A DNA stretch of 63,340 bases, filler included, from Salisapilia sapeloensis CBS 127946 (GCA_023334545.1; 18 parts of 18 records of this genome joined end to end with filler, not necessarily neighbours in it), one strand, 5' to 3'. Positions 1 through 12,537 are shown, numbered from the whole stretch's first letter. The notes: generated by a model from the letters alone, not told the origin. Numbers and translations: made by a program.

Positions 1-1056
1 CCATGACAAGACCACCTGCGTGGATCAACGCGATGATGACGATGGCAACGAAGAGGAGGATGTGCATCGGTAGGAAGAGGTGAAAGAATTTGCGTCGAAT
101 GGGAGGCAACGCAAAGAGGAAGATGGTACCGAGGAGGATGAATAAGGGGGCACTTTATCATTAAGATGTTCATATATCGATCCCGAGGTATGCAGCACGA
201 GCTCACTATAGACACAGGTATTTGTATCATCGTTTGCTTTTAAAAATTGACGAATTTTTATCGGCACAGCTATTTAGCTAGGCGCTACCGTCAAATAGAT
301 GTGGGCCCACAACGCTGAAGTTGGAGACGAATATGCTGAAATAGAAGTCATTGCCGGAGCGGATATCTCAATACAATCTGGATCAAATCTGTGTGAGCAG
401 GACGGTGAAAACAAGGAACTAAAGAATTGATGAGGGCACAGTGATAATCCCTTTTGGATACTCTGGGTGCTGGATTAGTGAGAAACATCCAAAAGCTCAT
501 GTGAGTTTCGCCTTTTCATGTTGTACACTTTCCGATGTAGGTCATATCGAAGCTCAATCATGCTGCCTAGTTAATTACTTGATCATTTGCTGTAGATGTA
601 CATTCTGTAGAGAAGATATCGCAACATTTGATCTGTCTGCACGATGAAAAACCCTGCACGGTATCGTCTCGTACATGGGAAACATAGATCGCTTGATGTT
701 GATAAAAAGATTGACTCTTCCTTTGCTTCTCCTCGGATATTAGCGCCATTTCTCGAAATTCAAGCAGTGAGATTTTTCAGCTCTCAACATTCAATACTTC
801 GACGAATCCAACAGCCAAACAGGCACACAGTTGGCAATCAGCTGACCTTATATAATGTGGTTTCTACCTATCGAAAGCTACACTTACGCTCTGTCATGCG
901 TGGAGTTCTATTCTATGTGCAGATCGTCGTCATCAGGCTCGACGAGTAACAAATGAAAGCAAAATGAACGCATTCAAGCAGGCCTTTTATTTCGAAATTC
1001 AAAACGCGCGCGTAGTTGATGCGCGAGTGACCAGATATCCTGCTGACCGTATCGAC

Positions 1057-1156
1057 NNNNNNNNNNNNNNNNNNNNNNNNNNNNNNNNNNNNNNNNNNNN
1101 TTAATTAATTAANNNNNNNNNNNNNNNNNNNNNNNNNNNNNNNNNNNNNNNNNNNN
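1057..1156. other. Artificial contig-joining linker (first of 17)
   Basis: 44 N + TTAATTAATTAA (stops in all six frames) + 44 N. Identical linkers at 1057-1156, 3281-3380, 8566-8665, 9862-9961, 12697-12796, 14419-14518, 15772-15871, 17001-17100, 19089-19188, 20685-20784, 25901-26000, 31851-31950, 45994-46093, 51272-51371, 52803-52902, 58232-58331 and 61375-61474. Confidence 0.99.
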
Positions 1157-2849
1157 CGCATTCTATCCGAAGATACTGGTTGATTGCGTGCAATGTCGAG
1201 GCTGTCAACTTGAAACTATAGAGCTAGTGCTTCGCTGAATAGTATTCTTTTTTTTCCGTCATACCTTCCTGATGAACGATGCGCAGGCGGAAACCTCTCA
1301 TCTGTAGCATATAAAGCATAAGATAGCTGTCAAACCGAATACTCTACCCATACTGCTCTTCCATCTTCATAGATGTCACAAACGCCTTGCTAAATAGTGG
1401 TTCAGTATTGGTAATCGTCCTATCAACCGACTTCTCAATAGTTAAAGGGTTATTTCGAAGTCGATGCCGTGCTTTCCGCGAGTTCCGTGACACTTCCTTA
1501 AAACGAGAGTAATGAATAGATTATCGTTGGCTGAGCACCAACTTTTGCGCCCTCTTGCCGTGGTCCAAGTACATGATAGCTCACTTTCCACCAAAGCCGA
1601 TGAGGTATTGAGTTCTACCATGGTGAAAATCATCATTTTCGTGAGCAGATCATCACTTCTGGCATCAAAGAACCTATCCGGTATGGAGGAGTGACTCGAC
1701 AATCGCATCTTCCAAGTGATTCATGTACTGTGAGTTTCATTCAAAATGTCCGGTATCGGTCCGGCAATCGATCTTGCCATGCACTTTCCTATATAACTTA
1801 GCCACAATAGACGACCCACGTTTCTGCGATCTGACTAGCTTAAATATTTTATTGTAACCAATAAAATCTAGTCAAATTCGACCGCGGCATTCAATGCCGC
1901 GGTCAAATAGATCAAAATCGGACAATTTTATTGAAAAACACTAGCTATAAATATTCTGCCAGTAAACGCTGTTCTCTTCTTCGCGCTTCACCTCACGTTG
2001 AATACGATGCGTGATATCTTCTGGATTCAGATTGGACATCTTGGTAGCTGGGTTGATTGCTTTGATTAATTTCTTGGTTGGTTTGGTGTTGGATACAAAT
2101 GATTCCGAATTTCCGTATATTTAAATATTATGTCAGCAATTGTATCTTTCACAGAATAACATGTATTCTTTAATTGTGCACGGCTCTATTCGAAATATTC
2201 ATAACAACTTAGAAAACCAAGTATATTGCGATATGACACAGTAATTGCGGAATACAGACACAGACATATCGGCGTGATACAATTTTTACCTTCACTACAT
2301 CACACGTAAGATAGTGGATGGACAACAATTTATGACAACTGCTTTCGTCCAATCAGCGAAAGTTGCTATAAAGGATGATTTGAGATACGTCTTCAAACGG
2401 CAGTGGCCTATTGGATGAGTCGGCATGCACTTAGGATACATTACTGCACACACGACATGGGCTGACAACCACATACTGCCAAAATAGTAGGGGAAGTTTC
2501 CCCTTATGTGGGTGTGTAGTGTTTCCACACAGCATCTGACGGCATCCCTGGTCCTTATTGTCCATTCGTGGAAACACCAGACCCAGATACTGACGACTTG
2601 AAGCTGACTTGAAGCCTACGGTAACCCACACCAGCATGTGACAGTAACCTTGATTGCACCAGAACAGTAAACTAGGTTCAAGTACCAGTCTACGGGCATC
2701 TAACATCAATTCATTCCCAATTATCTCTTCTTCTACCTACGTCTGCTTTTCCGTCAAGTCCAACAGCATCTACAGCTACAGACGTGCTCAGCACTGTAAG
2801 CAAAACACAAAGCATTCATAATCATCAAAATCCAAGCCTTAATCAATAT

Positions 2850-3280
2850 GTTCTTTGTAAGGTCTTCACTGATGGTTTCCATGCTCGAATTACTTTTCTG
2901 GTGATAGCGATCTTTTATATCCCGCTGTCTCTGAACGCATCCCAATCGACCGTTTGGGAAGAGCTCGGCGATGCCCACTCATACCTGCGCTTAACTCATC
3001 CGACAATGCAAGAATCCGAAAGCGCCTCCTGAATGGTCGTATGACCATAGCATTGGTCGGCTGGAGTACAGCTATCGCATTGGCAGGTAGCAGTACGACC
3101 TTCGTTGGCAGACTGGCAAAAGCTTATGTTCACTCAATTGAGACATGCGACTTCAAGTCTTCCACGTACAGTGCAGGTGGGCCTCTATTCTCACTGTACA
3201 TGAACTTTTCCCCACATCTTCTCTATAACAGTCATCTTCCGTATCATTGCATCCATCCATGCGTTCTCTTGGACGGCGTA
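2850..3280 (-). pseudogene. Degenerate pogo/CENP-B-type (DDE_1) transposase fragment, 5' end lost at linker
   Basis: Manual minus-strand translation across frameshifts and stops gives YAVQENAWMD ... GPPALYVEDLKSHVS ... KVVLLPANAIAVLQPTNAMVIRPFRRRFR ... VIRAW. These match the pogo DDE_1 motifs (NAWM; DxxxxH; LPxNxTxxLQPxDxxxxxPFK). Confidence 0.8.
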
Positions 3281-3380
3281 NNNNNNNNNNNNNNNNNNNN
3301 NNNNNNNNNNNNNNNNNNNNNNNNTTAATTAATTAANNNNNNNNNNNNNNNNNNNNNNNNNNNNNNNNNNNNNNNNNNNN

Positions 3381-3495
3381 CAAAGCTCACGATCGGGTCG
3401 GCGCGTTCGACGACGAGGTTGTTGAAGCAGTCGAAGCGGAACATGGCGTGTGTGGTAGCGGCGAGGAGAGAGAGGACCGTCACGAGAAGCTTCAT
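3381..3495 (-). CDS. DUF1996 secreted protein, N-terminal fragment (copy A), truncated at linker
   Basis: MKLLVTVLSLLAATTHAMFRFDCFNNLVVERADPIVSF is a signal peptide plus the RxDPIV start of DUF1996. It is a paralog of 4238-5854. Confidence 0.85.
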
Positions 3496-3521
3496 GGCTC
3501 TAGCAAAACTTGACGAATGAA
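3381..3521. repeat. 141-bp perfect inverted repeat, partner at 8425-8565
   Basis: Base-by-base reverse-complement identity between the two ends of the contig. Confidence 0.97.
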
Positions 3522-4237
3522 AGTTGGCTGTATGGCCCGTTTGAATTAAGCTTGTTGATTTTATCGCAGGGTAACTTGGAAGGCATGGGTGATGTTTGAC
3601 TATATTCGTAATCGTATCAGTGCGAGTACAGCTACGCGTACTAGGATGAAAATATCCGTAGGTGTTTGCACGTTCGTACAGGTGGTAAAAAGCGTTACAC
3701 CGGTGCGTGCTGGAAAATAGAAGTGAGAAGGCTTTGAAAAGCGCTTTTCCTTGCACATCGAAAGTTTACTTTTTAAAATATATTCTTTGTATGATAGAAT
3801 AAGCAGAAGCTTTCTGTTGGCACAAACAATTGCTGTGAATGGTCGAACCGTGGGTAGAACTTGAGCTTGGCTGTACTCAGTTGAGGTATTCGCAGCTTCT
3901 AGATAGTATTTCTGTGTTTTGGCGTGCATCTATTGCCACCCAACATTGGTTCAAACTCAAATTCAATCAGGATGGTAGTAGCATAGCTTACATTAGCTTT
4001 GGACCCACGTCAAACCTTCCCATTAAAGTCGAACGACTATGTACTTTTAATAGCGTGCACAAACATCGATCAAGGAGACAGTAAGGAAGCAACATCATTT
4101 GAAAACTAACTGTCAGCAACATTTTAAATCAAAGCATCACATGAATTTTCTTGAAATTGAGCTTCTTCACTTATATGCATCGCGAGTTTGAAATACTTCG
4201 CACCCTTCATGCGCGAAGATGTTCTACTTTCGTAGTC

Positions 4238-5854
4238 TTAAAATGTCACTCCTGCGCCCTGCGTCGGGTTCGTTTCCATCCCAGGGTTATCACCAACAGA
4301 TGCTTCCGGTACATTTGGATTCGCCTGGACCGATTCCTGAACTTGTTCCATGTCGCCACTTTTTTCGTTTGGGAAGCCAGACGGGCCCATTTGCGGTGAC
4401 GAAGAGCCCGGAGCAGTAAACTGCGCATCTGTATTTGTGTCAGCATTCTGGTTACCATTGGAAGGTCCTGTCCCATCGAATTGATTCGTTTGACTAGGTC
4501 CCATGCCCTCACTTGAATTTCCATTGACCGCGCTTAAGGCATCATTCCCGCTTTCACCTTGGGGCGAAGTAGTCGGAGAATCCGTTTGTGGGTTTGATTC
4601 TGAGTCACCTTTCTGGTTATTAGCAGGCGTGTACGCTTCTGGTTGATCCTGCTGCGAAGCTTCCGTGTCATCATCCATTTCGGTACTGTGCGCATTTGAG
4701 GTTTGATACCCATCTTGGCCTTGGGACGAAGCTACCGAAGAGGTCGCTGTGGCACCGTCTTCTGAGCCACCATACTGACCCCCCGTCTCTCCTACTGAGT
4801 CGTATTCAGGATCGCCATTCTTCTTCGCACGAACCTTTTCTCGGTGCTCTTCGTACATCTTGTCGTCAATCCTCGGTGGAGGATGTTCGTCCACGGGGTT
4901 GTTACCAGGTAGCTTGGGGAATGGCCCTTTCACGTCTTCTTTAAATTCTTGGTCTAGAGTGCAAAGTTGCTCAGGCTTCTCACGTCTGTAAGTTTTAGCA
5001 AGTGGAGCACATTTGTTGATGTCAAAGTGGTTATCGATACCACATTCCTCGTTGGCTTGCCTCAACGTTTCACTTTTCCAGCCATTAAGGAAGTCACCAT
5101 GGAAGCCATAACCCGTTCGATCACCCGTTGCAAGTACATACGGATGCGTCCCATCGTCCTTCCACTCACTAGCGTATTGCTTGACGTTGTAGAAGGCTTC
5201 AAACTTGATCAATGGAATCTTGATGTATCCCTCAGGGCAGGCACCTCCATGAAGCTCAAAGTTATACTTGAGATGTGACTTGTGGTCTTCCGAATCGGTC
5301 TTGCCTTTCTGGACACATTTTGGAAAGTTTACTTGTGCACGAAGACCTTCTGGACATTTTTCGTTGGGAATATGAGTACCAGGAGGGTAGTTCCATTTGT
5401 AATCAATGCATTGCCACTCGATGGCCTGTTGCTCAATAGACGAGTCATTGCGTTCACGCAAGGAATAATCACCAGCAACCATACGAAGGTTGTCTGGAAA
5501 AGGCTCAACAACTTCGTCGTCGGATGGTTCCTGGAAGTAGTATACAATTAGATGACCGTCCACAAGACTGTAGCCCGATCCATCCTTGTGCTCGACGTAG
5601 AGCTGCGGCATCCAGTATGCACTCAAGTCGTCTGCGATCGGGCATGACGTGCATGAGGAAGCACTCATATCTTGGAATGTGGCGTTACTGTTGAAGCCAT
5701 TACCACCGGCCACAGCGTGGACATGAGCAGACTTTTCACCAGGAGAAACAATTGGATCCGAACGCTCCACCACGACGTAATTATGGCAGTCAAAGCGAAA
5801 CATGGCCTGCGTGGTAGCAGTCATCAAGACACTGACAACCAGAGGGAACTTCAT
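4238..5854 (-). CDS. Secreted DUF1996-domain protein with a long S/T/Q/N/G-rich disordered tail (538 aa)
   Basis: Signal peptide; ERSDPIVSPGEKSAHVHAVAGGNGF, SCTSCPIADDLSAYWMPQL, FPDNLRMVAGD, LRAQVNFPKC and GDRTGYGFHGDFLNGW are DUF1996 hallmark motifs. Confidence 0.93.
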   Translation of the reverse strand: MKFPLVVSVLMTATTQAMFRFDCHNYVVVERSDPIVSPGEKSAHVHAVAGGNGFNSNATFQDMSASSCTSCPIADDLSAYWMPQLYVEHKDGSGYSLVDGHLIVYYFQEPSDDEVVEPFPDNLRMVAGDYSLRERNDSSIEQQAIEWQCIDYKWNYPPGTHIPNEKCPEGLRAQVNFPKCVQKGKTDSEDHKSHLKYNFELHGGACPEGYIKIPLIKFEAFYNVKQYASEWKDDGTHPYVLATGDRTGYGFHGDFLNGWKSETLRQANEECGIDNHFDINKCAPLAKTYRREKPEQLCTLDQEFKEDVKGPFPKLPGNNPVDEHPPPRIDDKMYEEHREKVRAKKNGDPEYDSVGETGGQYGGSEDGATATSSVASSQGQDGYQTSNAHSTEMDDDTEASQQDQPEAYTPANNQKGDSESNPQTDSPTTSPQGESGNDALSAVNGNSSEGMGPSQTNQFDGTGPSNGNQNADTNTDAQFTAPGSSSPQMGPSGFPNEKSGDMEQVQESVQANPNVPEASVGDNPGMETNPTQGAGVTF

Positions 5855-5895
5855 TCTTGTTACTGCAGCTGGAGAGGAAGGTGCTTAGGACGGAT

Positions 5896-5911
5896 CAAAT
5901 TTGGAAATGGG
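5896..5911 (-). promoter_or_regulatory. Oomycete Inr/FPR core promoter element
   Basis: CCCATTTCCAAATTTG lies about 42 bp upstream of the ATG at 5854. It fits the oomycete consensus GCTCATTYBNNNWTTY apart from the leading bases. Confidence 0.6.
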
Positions 5912-8450
5912 CTGAGCTACTGATTAATGCAATAGGATCACATTTAAATGATCATGGTTAAATAGCCCATGTCGAAAGTGTGCCACGTCGAATGTGTTTC
6001 CACAGCCACTTCATTAAGCTATCTGGCGAAAATAAGTAGCCGGAATCGAAGTATTTGACGTGTCTAAAATGATTTAAAGGCAGCTTATAGATATAAAACA
6101 GCTCAAATATCCGTTTTAGGTACTCGACTTTTTCTCAATTTTTTATGTTCAAGGCGAATCTCACCAAGAAATGTGTGTCTAGAGATGCGTTTTCGATGTG
6201 GTGTTTGAATAAATAATTTACACTGTTTTGGGCTGGATGAAGTTCATTTTGCTTATAGAAGATGATTGGATATGCGTTTGACATCTAGTATGGTTGCCCG
6301 GATCGACCGACACTTTGCGTATAAGCAAGAGTAAATCTATTTGAAACGTGGACTTTGTCAAAATAACCTACAGTAACACGTCAGCACGAAAATGGTGAAA
6401 TTCATCAATCCGATACTAGTGAGACTCGGTAGTACACAACTGATAAAATTCAGCAGTACTATAGGTACTGAACAACGATGTTGTACCGTTGAGCAGTACA
6501 TAGCTTGTCGACGTGTATATTACTTAAATCTTGATCCACTGAGTCATATCTTGCAGAATTTGGAAGGATAGGAAGCCGCAGATGCCTGCATATAAATTAA
6601 AACAAACGATCAGATGTCGCTGCATCGATAGAGCGTATTTCGATATCTTATGCTCATGACTTCTGGATATGGAAGCTGCAAAATGCCTTTAACAATTTGG
6701 AACCCTCCGAAGAAAATATCAGGCATAATCGTCTCTGTTAAGAATCTATATGGCAAAGTGCTCTTTGTGCATGGTGATTAATGGAGAGTACAAACAATAG
6801 ATAGTCCACGTGGTGGAACAAGGTAAGTTGAAGTTTCAAGCAACTGTATTCACCGTTGTTCTCATTTGGATGTTTATAAGCATAAGCCACGATATGTGAG
6901 ATTCCATGAGCAAGTGACGCTACTTTAACTTGCCGGTAGGCAGCTCTTTAGGGTTCGCATTGGATAAGAATAAACAAACTCTGCGATCTTTATAATTTTC
7001 ATACATTAGCCACTAGTCATCCAACGTCTATTCATCATCGATGTAAAATGGATAAGTTTCCGGATTTTTAGTCGATGCAGCCAAATGCCTGTCTATGCGC
7101 ATTCCCTGCGCCGAACCTACAACGATTAAAATTTGATTCAAGTTCTTACTTGTGTTGGCTATCGACATCGACTAAAGATGCCGTCGTATCAGCTCACTAG
7201 GAAGCTTTTTACAATACGCAAAAGATTCTGCGTGGTTACTATTTTGCATCGTTTAAAGCAAAAGCTTGTTATTGCTCTATCCTTACTGGCTAGTTGTCAT
7301 AAAGCTATTATATTGTGGACCTAGGTAGCCGTTTTAGCGGATACGGTACTAGAATTTCTCAACTAGATGGCCAACGGTAACCTAGGTATCTTCAAGAGTT
7401 TTATCTTTTTAGGATCTGGGGCCGAGTGCGATCGATTCCACTCCTTCCAGCCATAGAGCTGAAGAATTTAACAAAACTAGCGGATAGAGTACACAAACGG
7501 AACAAGCTCATTTACATTTACCCCGTTATCTACATCCAAGGAACGTAAAACCTTAATGAGAGTGACTAAATACACACGTTCATATTCATCGGTTCGCTTA
7601 GAGTAGTAATTTTGTAGCACGGAACTCTCAATTATGCTTATATAATGTCATCAAACGCTCGGACAATTGCTTCTATTGGCATGCGCGAATAGTGCATCTT
7701 CCAAGTTTATACAGAAGAGATTCGATCAGTACGAGCTGTTTACTGCATATCGTTGACCCCACGTTGTATAAACACAGCGTATTCTTGCATCGGTCGGGGT
7801 GTGATTTGGACTTTAACCTTAGCAATCGTGCTCGACACAGTAAAAGTATAAATTTCTACTTTCCAATCTCATTCTGGCATAGTTCATCGAAACATCACAT
7901 TGCTGCTTGGCAGCCGTTGCCTCTACTGAAATGTTTCGCTTAGGCGTGAGCTATATTAATGCCCAGATCAGCTTATGAGCCTGTCACCGCCGCACCCTCT
8001 AATACCTGAACACAAACCTAACAATAACTGCAGCTGATACTGCAGCAGACAAGCAGAAAAGGAACTATAGCTGACATTTACAACGCGCAACTGCAGCTCC
8101 AAGCGAATTTATAATGTTCTATCTTTAATGCTCAGCCAAAAACTTCTCCGATCGTTTCTTTCCTACGCACCAGAAGGATAAATCCACTTCATGCTTTCTG
8201 GTCTAGCTCAGTTGCACCATACCAGCGGCTTCAGTCAATCGACCAAACTTCTGTTTGTCCGCAGCTTTTCATCCATGTGAAGATGGATGGTCATAGGTCC
8301 ACTTAACGACGCCATGGGCGACGTCACATGTAAGGCACTTCCATCCCCAGCACCGATTCAATTACACGAAAAATCACACATTTCTTTTCTAGATCAATTT
8401 ACAATTTGCCTGACACTTATCGACTTCATTCGTCAAGTTTTGCTAGAGCC

Positions 8451-8565
8451 ATGAAGCTTCTCGTGACGGTCCTCTCTCTCCTCGCCGCTACCACACACGC
8501 CATGTTCCGCTTCGACTGCTTCAACAACCTCGTCGTCGAACGCGCCGACCCGATCGTGAGCTTTG
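8451..8565 (+). CDS. DUF1996 secreted protein, N-terminal fragment (copy B), truncated at linker
   Basis: Nucleotide-identical to copy A, in the opposite orientation. Confidence 0.85.
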
Positions 8566-9961
8566 NNNNNNNNNNNNNNNNNNNNNNNNNNNNNNNNNNN
8601 NNNNNNNNNTTAATTAATTAANNNNNNNNNNNNNNNNNNNNNNNNNNNNNNNNNNNNNNNNNNNNAACTCTGTCTGCACAATAGACTGTCGTCACTTTCT
8701 CGGGTAAATGACATCCAGGAGTACCCAGCTCAGTCCAGCACCGATTATGCGTTGAGATTCCTATAGGACATTGCAGAGTTTAGTCAAATTCTCAAGAGAT
8801 AGTACATTGATGAGAGCTTACGAAGGAAGGTCAGATTCATTCAGCATAAGATTGTCACTGACATTCCTAGAGGTCAATGCAGCCTTAGGCCGATTTTACG
8901 TTAAATAATGCGTTTATAGATACTTACACAGAAACATTTGCAAAAAGCATTTGTTCAAGCACATCCGAGGGATTGGGCGCAGCTAATATGTCTTGGAAAG
9001 GGCTTACATGTAGTGCGTCGGCACCCAGATTGCTGTGCTGAAGCCACCTATGTAGCACACGATATCGGTAAGTACTGCTGTGTATAGATACAAAGTTATC
9101 TTGTCCTATCGAAAGTAGTTTCATACAAGGTTTTGATCGCATGGATGTCCACGGCGATCTTGTACAAATTGTTGTTGAATATGTACCTGCACACGATAAA
9201 AGCTACATTAGAGAATTGGACTGAGCTCATAATCAAGAGATACGCACACTTCTTCAAGATTGAATTTGAATTTAGAGTTTAGTTGGCTAACATACGCTCA
9301 GCGCCGCGCACAGCAGCAAGCGCTGAATATAGTATAACAGAAGCTATGCTACGGTAGTAGCCCATGATATAGAGATATACAGTTTGTAAAGTCTGGGAAA
9401 GTCCTCTCCGTCCAGACTCGTGAGCGATGCATTTTTCACGTATCCATTCGGATGAAGCTTTAGCAAACACGATATTTATTGGTAGTCAAAATCATATTAA
9501 ACGCACAATTGCTCCAGCCTAGGAAACTTTCCCGATATTTCTTCAATTGGGGTTTCTATCAGCCAACTGCACATACACAATGAATCACGGGCCATTCATA
9601 AGTATTCTATTCGATGTGATATACAGTTCTTTGACATGTTGAAACTTGTCTGCGTTGAGCTTTGTGATATTATTTTTTGTCCAAACGACTAGAAAGCGGG
9701 AAACGTGAGCGATACGCCTCAACACAACTTTTGTCAGTGCACTTACATTGTCGTCGTGTTACGTGGAAATGTCATGCTCGATAGCTTCTTATCGTCGATG
9801 CCTTGATTAGCATATTTCCCATAAGAAGATTGGGTATGCTCAGCATAAATGCCTGCAAATGNNNNNNNNNNNNNNNNNNNNNNNNNNNNNNNNNNNNNNN
9901 NNNNNTTAATTAATTAANNNNNNNNNNNNNNNNNNNNNNNNNNNNNNNNNNNNNNNNNNNN

Positions 9962-10102
9962 CCCAGACTGCTGGACATCCCAGCACCGGACGTAATTGTC
10001 CCAGCTTCCGGCCACAAGGACGTTGGCCGTCGGGCTCCACGCCAAGTCTTGGATGCCGTCGTTGATCGGCTGAGGCACTTCATAGTCGTTGTTCGGATTG
10101 GG
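9962..10102. repeat. 141-bp perfect inverted repeat, partner at 12556-12696
   Basis: Reverse-complement identity from the CCC AAT codons to the contig ends. The copies diverge immediately upstream (TCG TAT versus AGC TAC). Confidence 0.97.
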
Positions 10103-10144
10103 ATACGAGCCCGCGTTCGAGGTAGCTGCACCGAATGTGGCCAT
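9962..10144 (-). CDS. RAE1: mRNA export factor RAE1/Gle2 (WD40), N-terminal fragment, copy A
   Basis: MATFGAATSNAGSYPNPNNDYEVPQPINDGIQDLAWSPTANVLVAGSWDNYVRCWDVQ is the Rae1 N-terminus (NPxxDxEVxxPPxDxI ... AGSWDNxVRCW). Confidence 0.9.
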
Positions 10145-10982
10145 TGCGCCGGTGAAGTGTTCCTTTTTCTAGACGGGTTATTGGCGTCCAAGTACTGCCA
10201 CTCGATTGGCGGAAAAGAGAGCGACCCTATTTTACCAGGTGGTCGACTGTACCGACAAAAAGGTACAGCGTACCATATTGAAGTGACAGAGGAAAAGATC
10301 GCGATCTTCGAACTGGGCTGGCGGCATGTCTTCCAGCATCAAATGCAGTGCAAAGAATGGTGCGGGGAAAAAGATTTATTAACATCGGTCGGCAGCAGTA
10401 TCTCACCTGCGCTCGACACTTTTGAGATCGATTCTAGCTCCTATCATTGAACAACTGATAGTCGGCTGTCGACACATTGACAGTCCGCTGGGTGCATGTA
10501 TCGCAGGCTCATCGCTTCATTTGTCAAAACGAATGGCCAGTCTGGCGCCAAGATCATCGTCCAACATCGTATTTTCCTAGGTACTAGCATAGCACAGCTT
10601 TCCAGGTGAATTGAAAAGCACTTTGACAAGCATTGCTGGTGAGACGCCGGTTGAGATACCTCGCAGTCGTCGTCTCCACACGTGGCGCGCACGCTGGTTG
10701 CTGGTAAAAGATATTTCCCCGTTTTGGCACCGACCTGAAAAGATCGAGCAGCTGCGCCATACAATAACGTAGTCGATGCATCGTTGCCTTGCGCTGCGTG
10801 AACAGTGCGAGAACTTGCTGAAAATCTTAAACCCGGCAGCGTTTGGGACAAGGCGAACATCTCAGAGTCAACGACAGCTCCGTGTTGAGGTGCAAGTGCT
10901 CTCTCCATTCACTATTTTTATTTTCGCCGACTTGACGGTGGTCGACGCTCTACCAGCCCTTCCGTTTCCTGATAGACATATC

Positions 10983-12236
10983 ATGGCCGCAGAGACGCCT
11001 CTCCAGACTTCAGACATGATTTCCCAAGCTCGGACCGACAGCCTCTCCTCCCAACTATACACAGGGCCACACTTAATCCCCTCCTCATCCTCCATCCCCG
11101 GAACGTCTGCCTCGGGAATGCCACATCCATTACCTAACGAGTCCACAATGGCTCCGTCCGAAAGATACGCCCCGTCCTCCTCCACTGGACCCTACCAACG
11201 GGAGCTATTCGCTCCGCCAATCCACATTCCCCCAGCCTATCCGACTCAAACGACATCCCAGTCGTTATCGATGACCTTTGACTCCTTCTCGGCCTTCCAA
11301 TCGAGCGTCAGCACCAGTCCCTTGACGTCGATGAACGGCGTCGGAGTTACTTCGCCTCCCAGCAGTCTGTCCTCCGCGCTCCGACTACCTCAAGTGGACT
11401 ATTACTTACCTCACATCTCAGCTATATCGCCAACGTCCATCTCGACGCCGACCAATTTAAATGCGTCACTCCATCATCCGGCGCAGAATGGCATGATGAT
11501 GGGAACCTCCAAGGACCAGTCAGCCGGCCCTCCATTCTCCGGAAGCGCCGGGAGCCCAGTGTACCCATACCCAGTTAGCATCCAGCAACCTTCGATGCTA
11601 CCGACGTGGAATGTCAACACACCGACAACGAGCAACGGGACCATGACTCCTCCGTCTCATCTGAACGTCAAGGACTTTACGCTCAACGAGTTGCGTCCGT
11701 TCTTCAACAAACCACTGGCGGCCGTAGCGAAGGAGCTGGGTGTCTGCATCACGCTCATGAAGAAGATCTGTCGACGCAACGGACTTCAGAGGTGGCCGCA
11801 TCGTCGTATCCGCAGCCTCGTGAACCAGATCTCCCACTTGCAAGTGTACGTTGCTAACCCTCACTTGAACGTCAGTACCAGTGGTAACCCAAGCACGGAT
11901 ACGCGACGCATGGAGAACCAGCTGCAGAACCTCCAGCAAGAGTTGGCGCAAGTCATCCAGAACCCCAACATCAAGAGTCGCAAGGCGGAGGCGGATGCTC
12001 GTGCCAGGCGCACGCAGTTGGAGAGGAAGCGCAAGCAAGCCGAGGTGGTACCGTCGAGCACGAAAGACACGGACTACGAGCAAATTGGTGCGAGCAAGAA
12101 ACGCAAACGAGTTGCTACCGACTCTGGCGAAGAAGGACGCTCGACCAAGCTCAGCAAAGCGGAATCGACCGACGAAGACGACGACCAGCTGGACAGCCAC
12201 AAGCGTGGTACGACTATCTCCTCGATTCTCTGCTAG
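10983..12236 (+). CDS. RWP-RK domain transcription factor (about 417 aa)
   Basis: DFTLNELRPFFNKPLAAVAKELGVCITLMKKICRRNGLQRWPHRRIRSL is an RWP-RK domain. The N-terminus is P/S-rich and the C-terminus is basic/coiled. Start taken as the ATG at 10983; the ORF track starts upstream at a non-ATG codon. Confidence 0.93.
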   Translation: MAAETPLQTSDMISQARTDSLSSQLYTGPHLIPSSSSIPGTSASGMPHPLPNESTMAPSERYAPSSSTGPYQRELFAPPIHIPPAYPTQTTSQSLSMTFDSFSAFQSSVSTSPLTSMNGVGVTSPPSSLSSALRLPQVDYYLPHISAISPTSISTPTNLNASLHHPAQNGMMMGTSKDQSAGPPFSGSAGSPVYPYPVSIQQPSMLPTWNVNTPTTSNGTMTPPSHLNVKDFTLNELRPFFNKPLAAVAKELGVCITLMKKICRRNGLQRWPHRRIRSLVNQISHLQVYVANPHLNVSTSGNPSTDTRRMENQLQNLQQELAQVIQNPNIKSRKAEADARARRTQLERKRKQAEVVPSSTKDTDYEQIGASKKRKRVATDSGEEGRSTKLSKAESTDEDDDQLDSHKRGTTISSILC

Positions 12237-12537
12237 AGGAGTTTCGTCCGTTCCATTCGCACCTTTTCCGGCGCCCCTTTTTTCTTTATTTATGCATAGA
12301 CTGCGTTAGACTCCATATCCCATACATAGACTACATAGACCGCAATACACACACGCATAGAAGGTATCTGCTTCGTCTTCCGTTTCCATCTGCATAGATT
12401 TCTGTCGAGCGTCATTTTATCATATCGCTCTCCATCTCGTATTGCAAGCTAGACCAACCTTTTTACCTCCACGACAACCGCTTTAAGCTGCATTTGGTTA
12501 CTTGATATCTACACCCATGATCTTTCCACAATCGAGC

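Noticed and set aside
560-900. Possible OTU-like protease relic (HYIRSADCQLCACLAVG) on the minus strand
   Set aside because: The resemblance to GDGNCLFRA is too weak and no downstream His motif was found.
1101-1112. TTAATTAATTAA recurring 17 times, like a regularly spaced repeat or CRISPR-style array
   Set aside because: It is always centred in 88 Ns and has stops in all six frames, so it is a synthetic linker. ORFs in the track that end in X...LIN are artefacts of it.
1157-1780. Decayed minus-strand coding-like frame (ARHRLRNNPLTIEKSV...)
   Set aside because: No family motif could be recognised, so it is not callable.
5950-8400. Patches of protein-like frames between the DUF1996 genes and in 8666-9861 and 22400-25000
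   Set aside because: Riddled with stops and lacking identifiable motifs. Used only for the CTAG count.
10776-10982. N-terminal extension of the RWP-RK ORF shown in the ORF track
   Set aside because: It starts at a non-ATG codon and reads like 5' UTR. The first ATG is at 10983.
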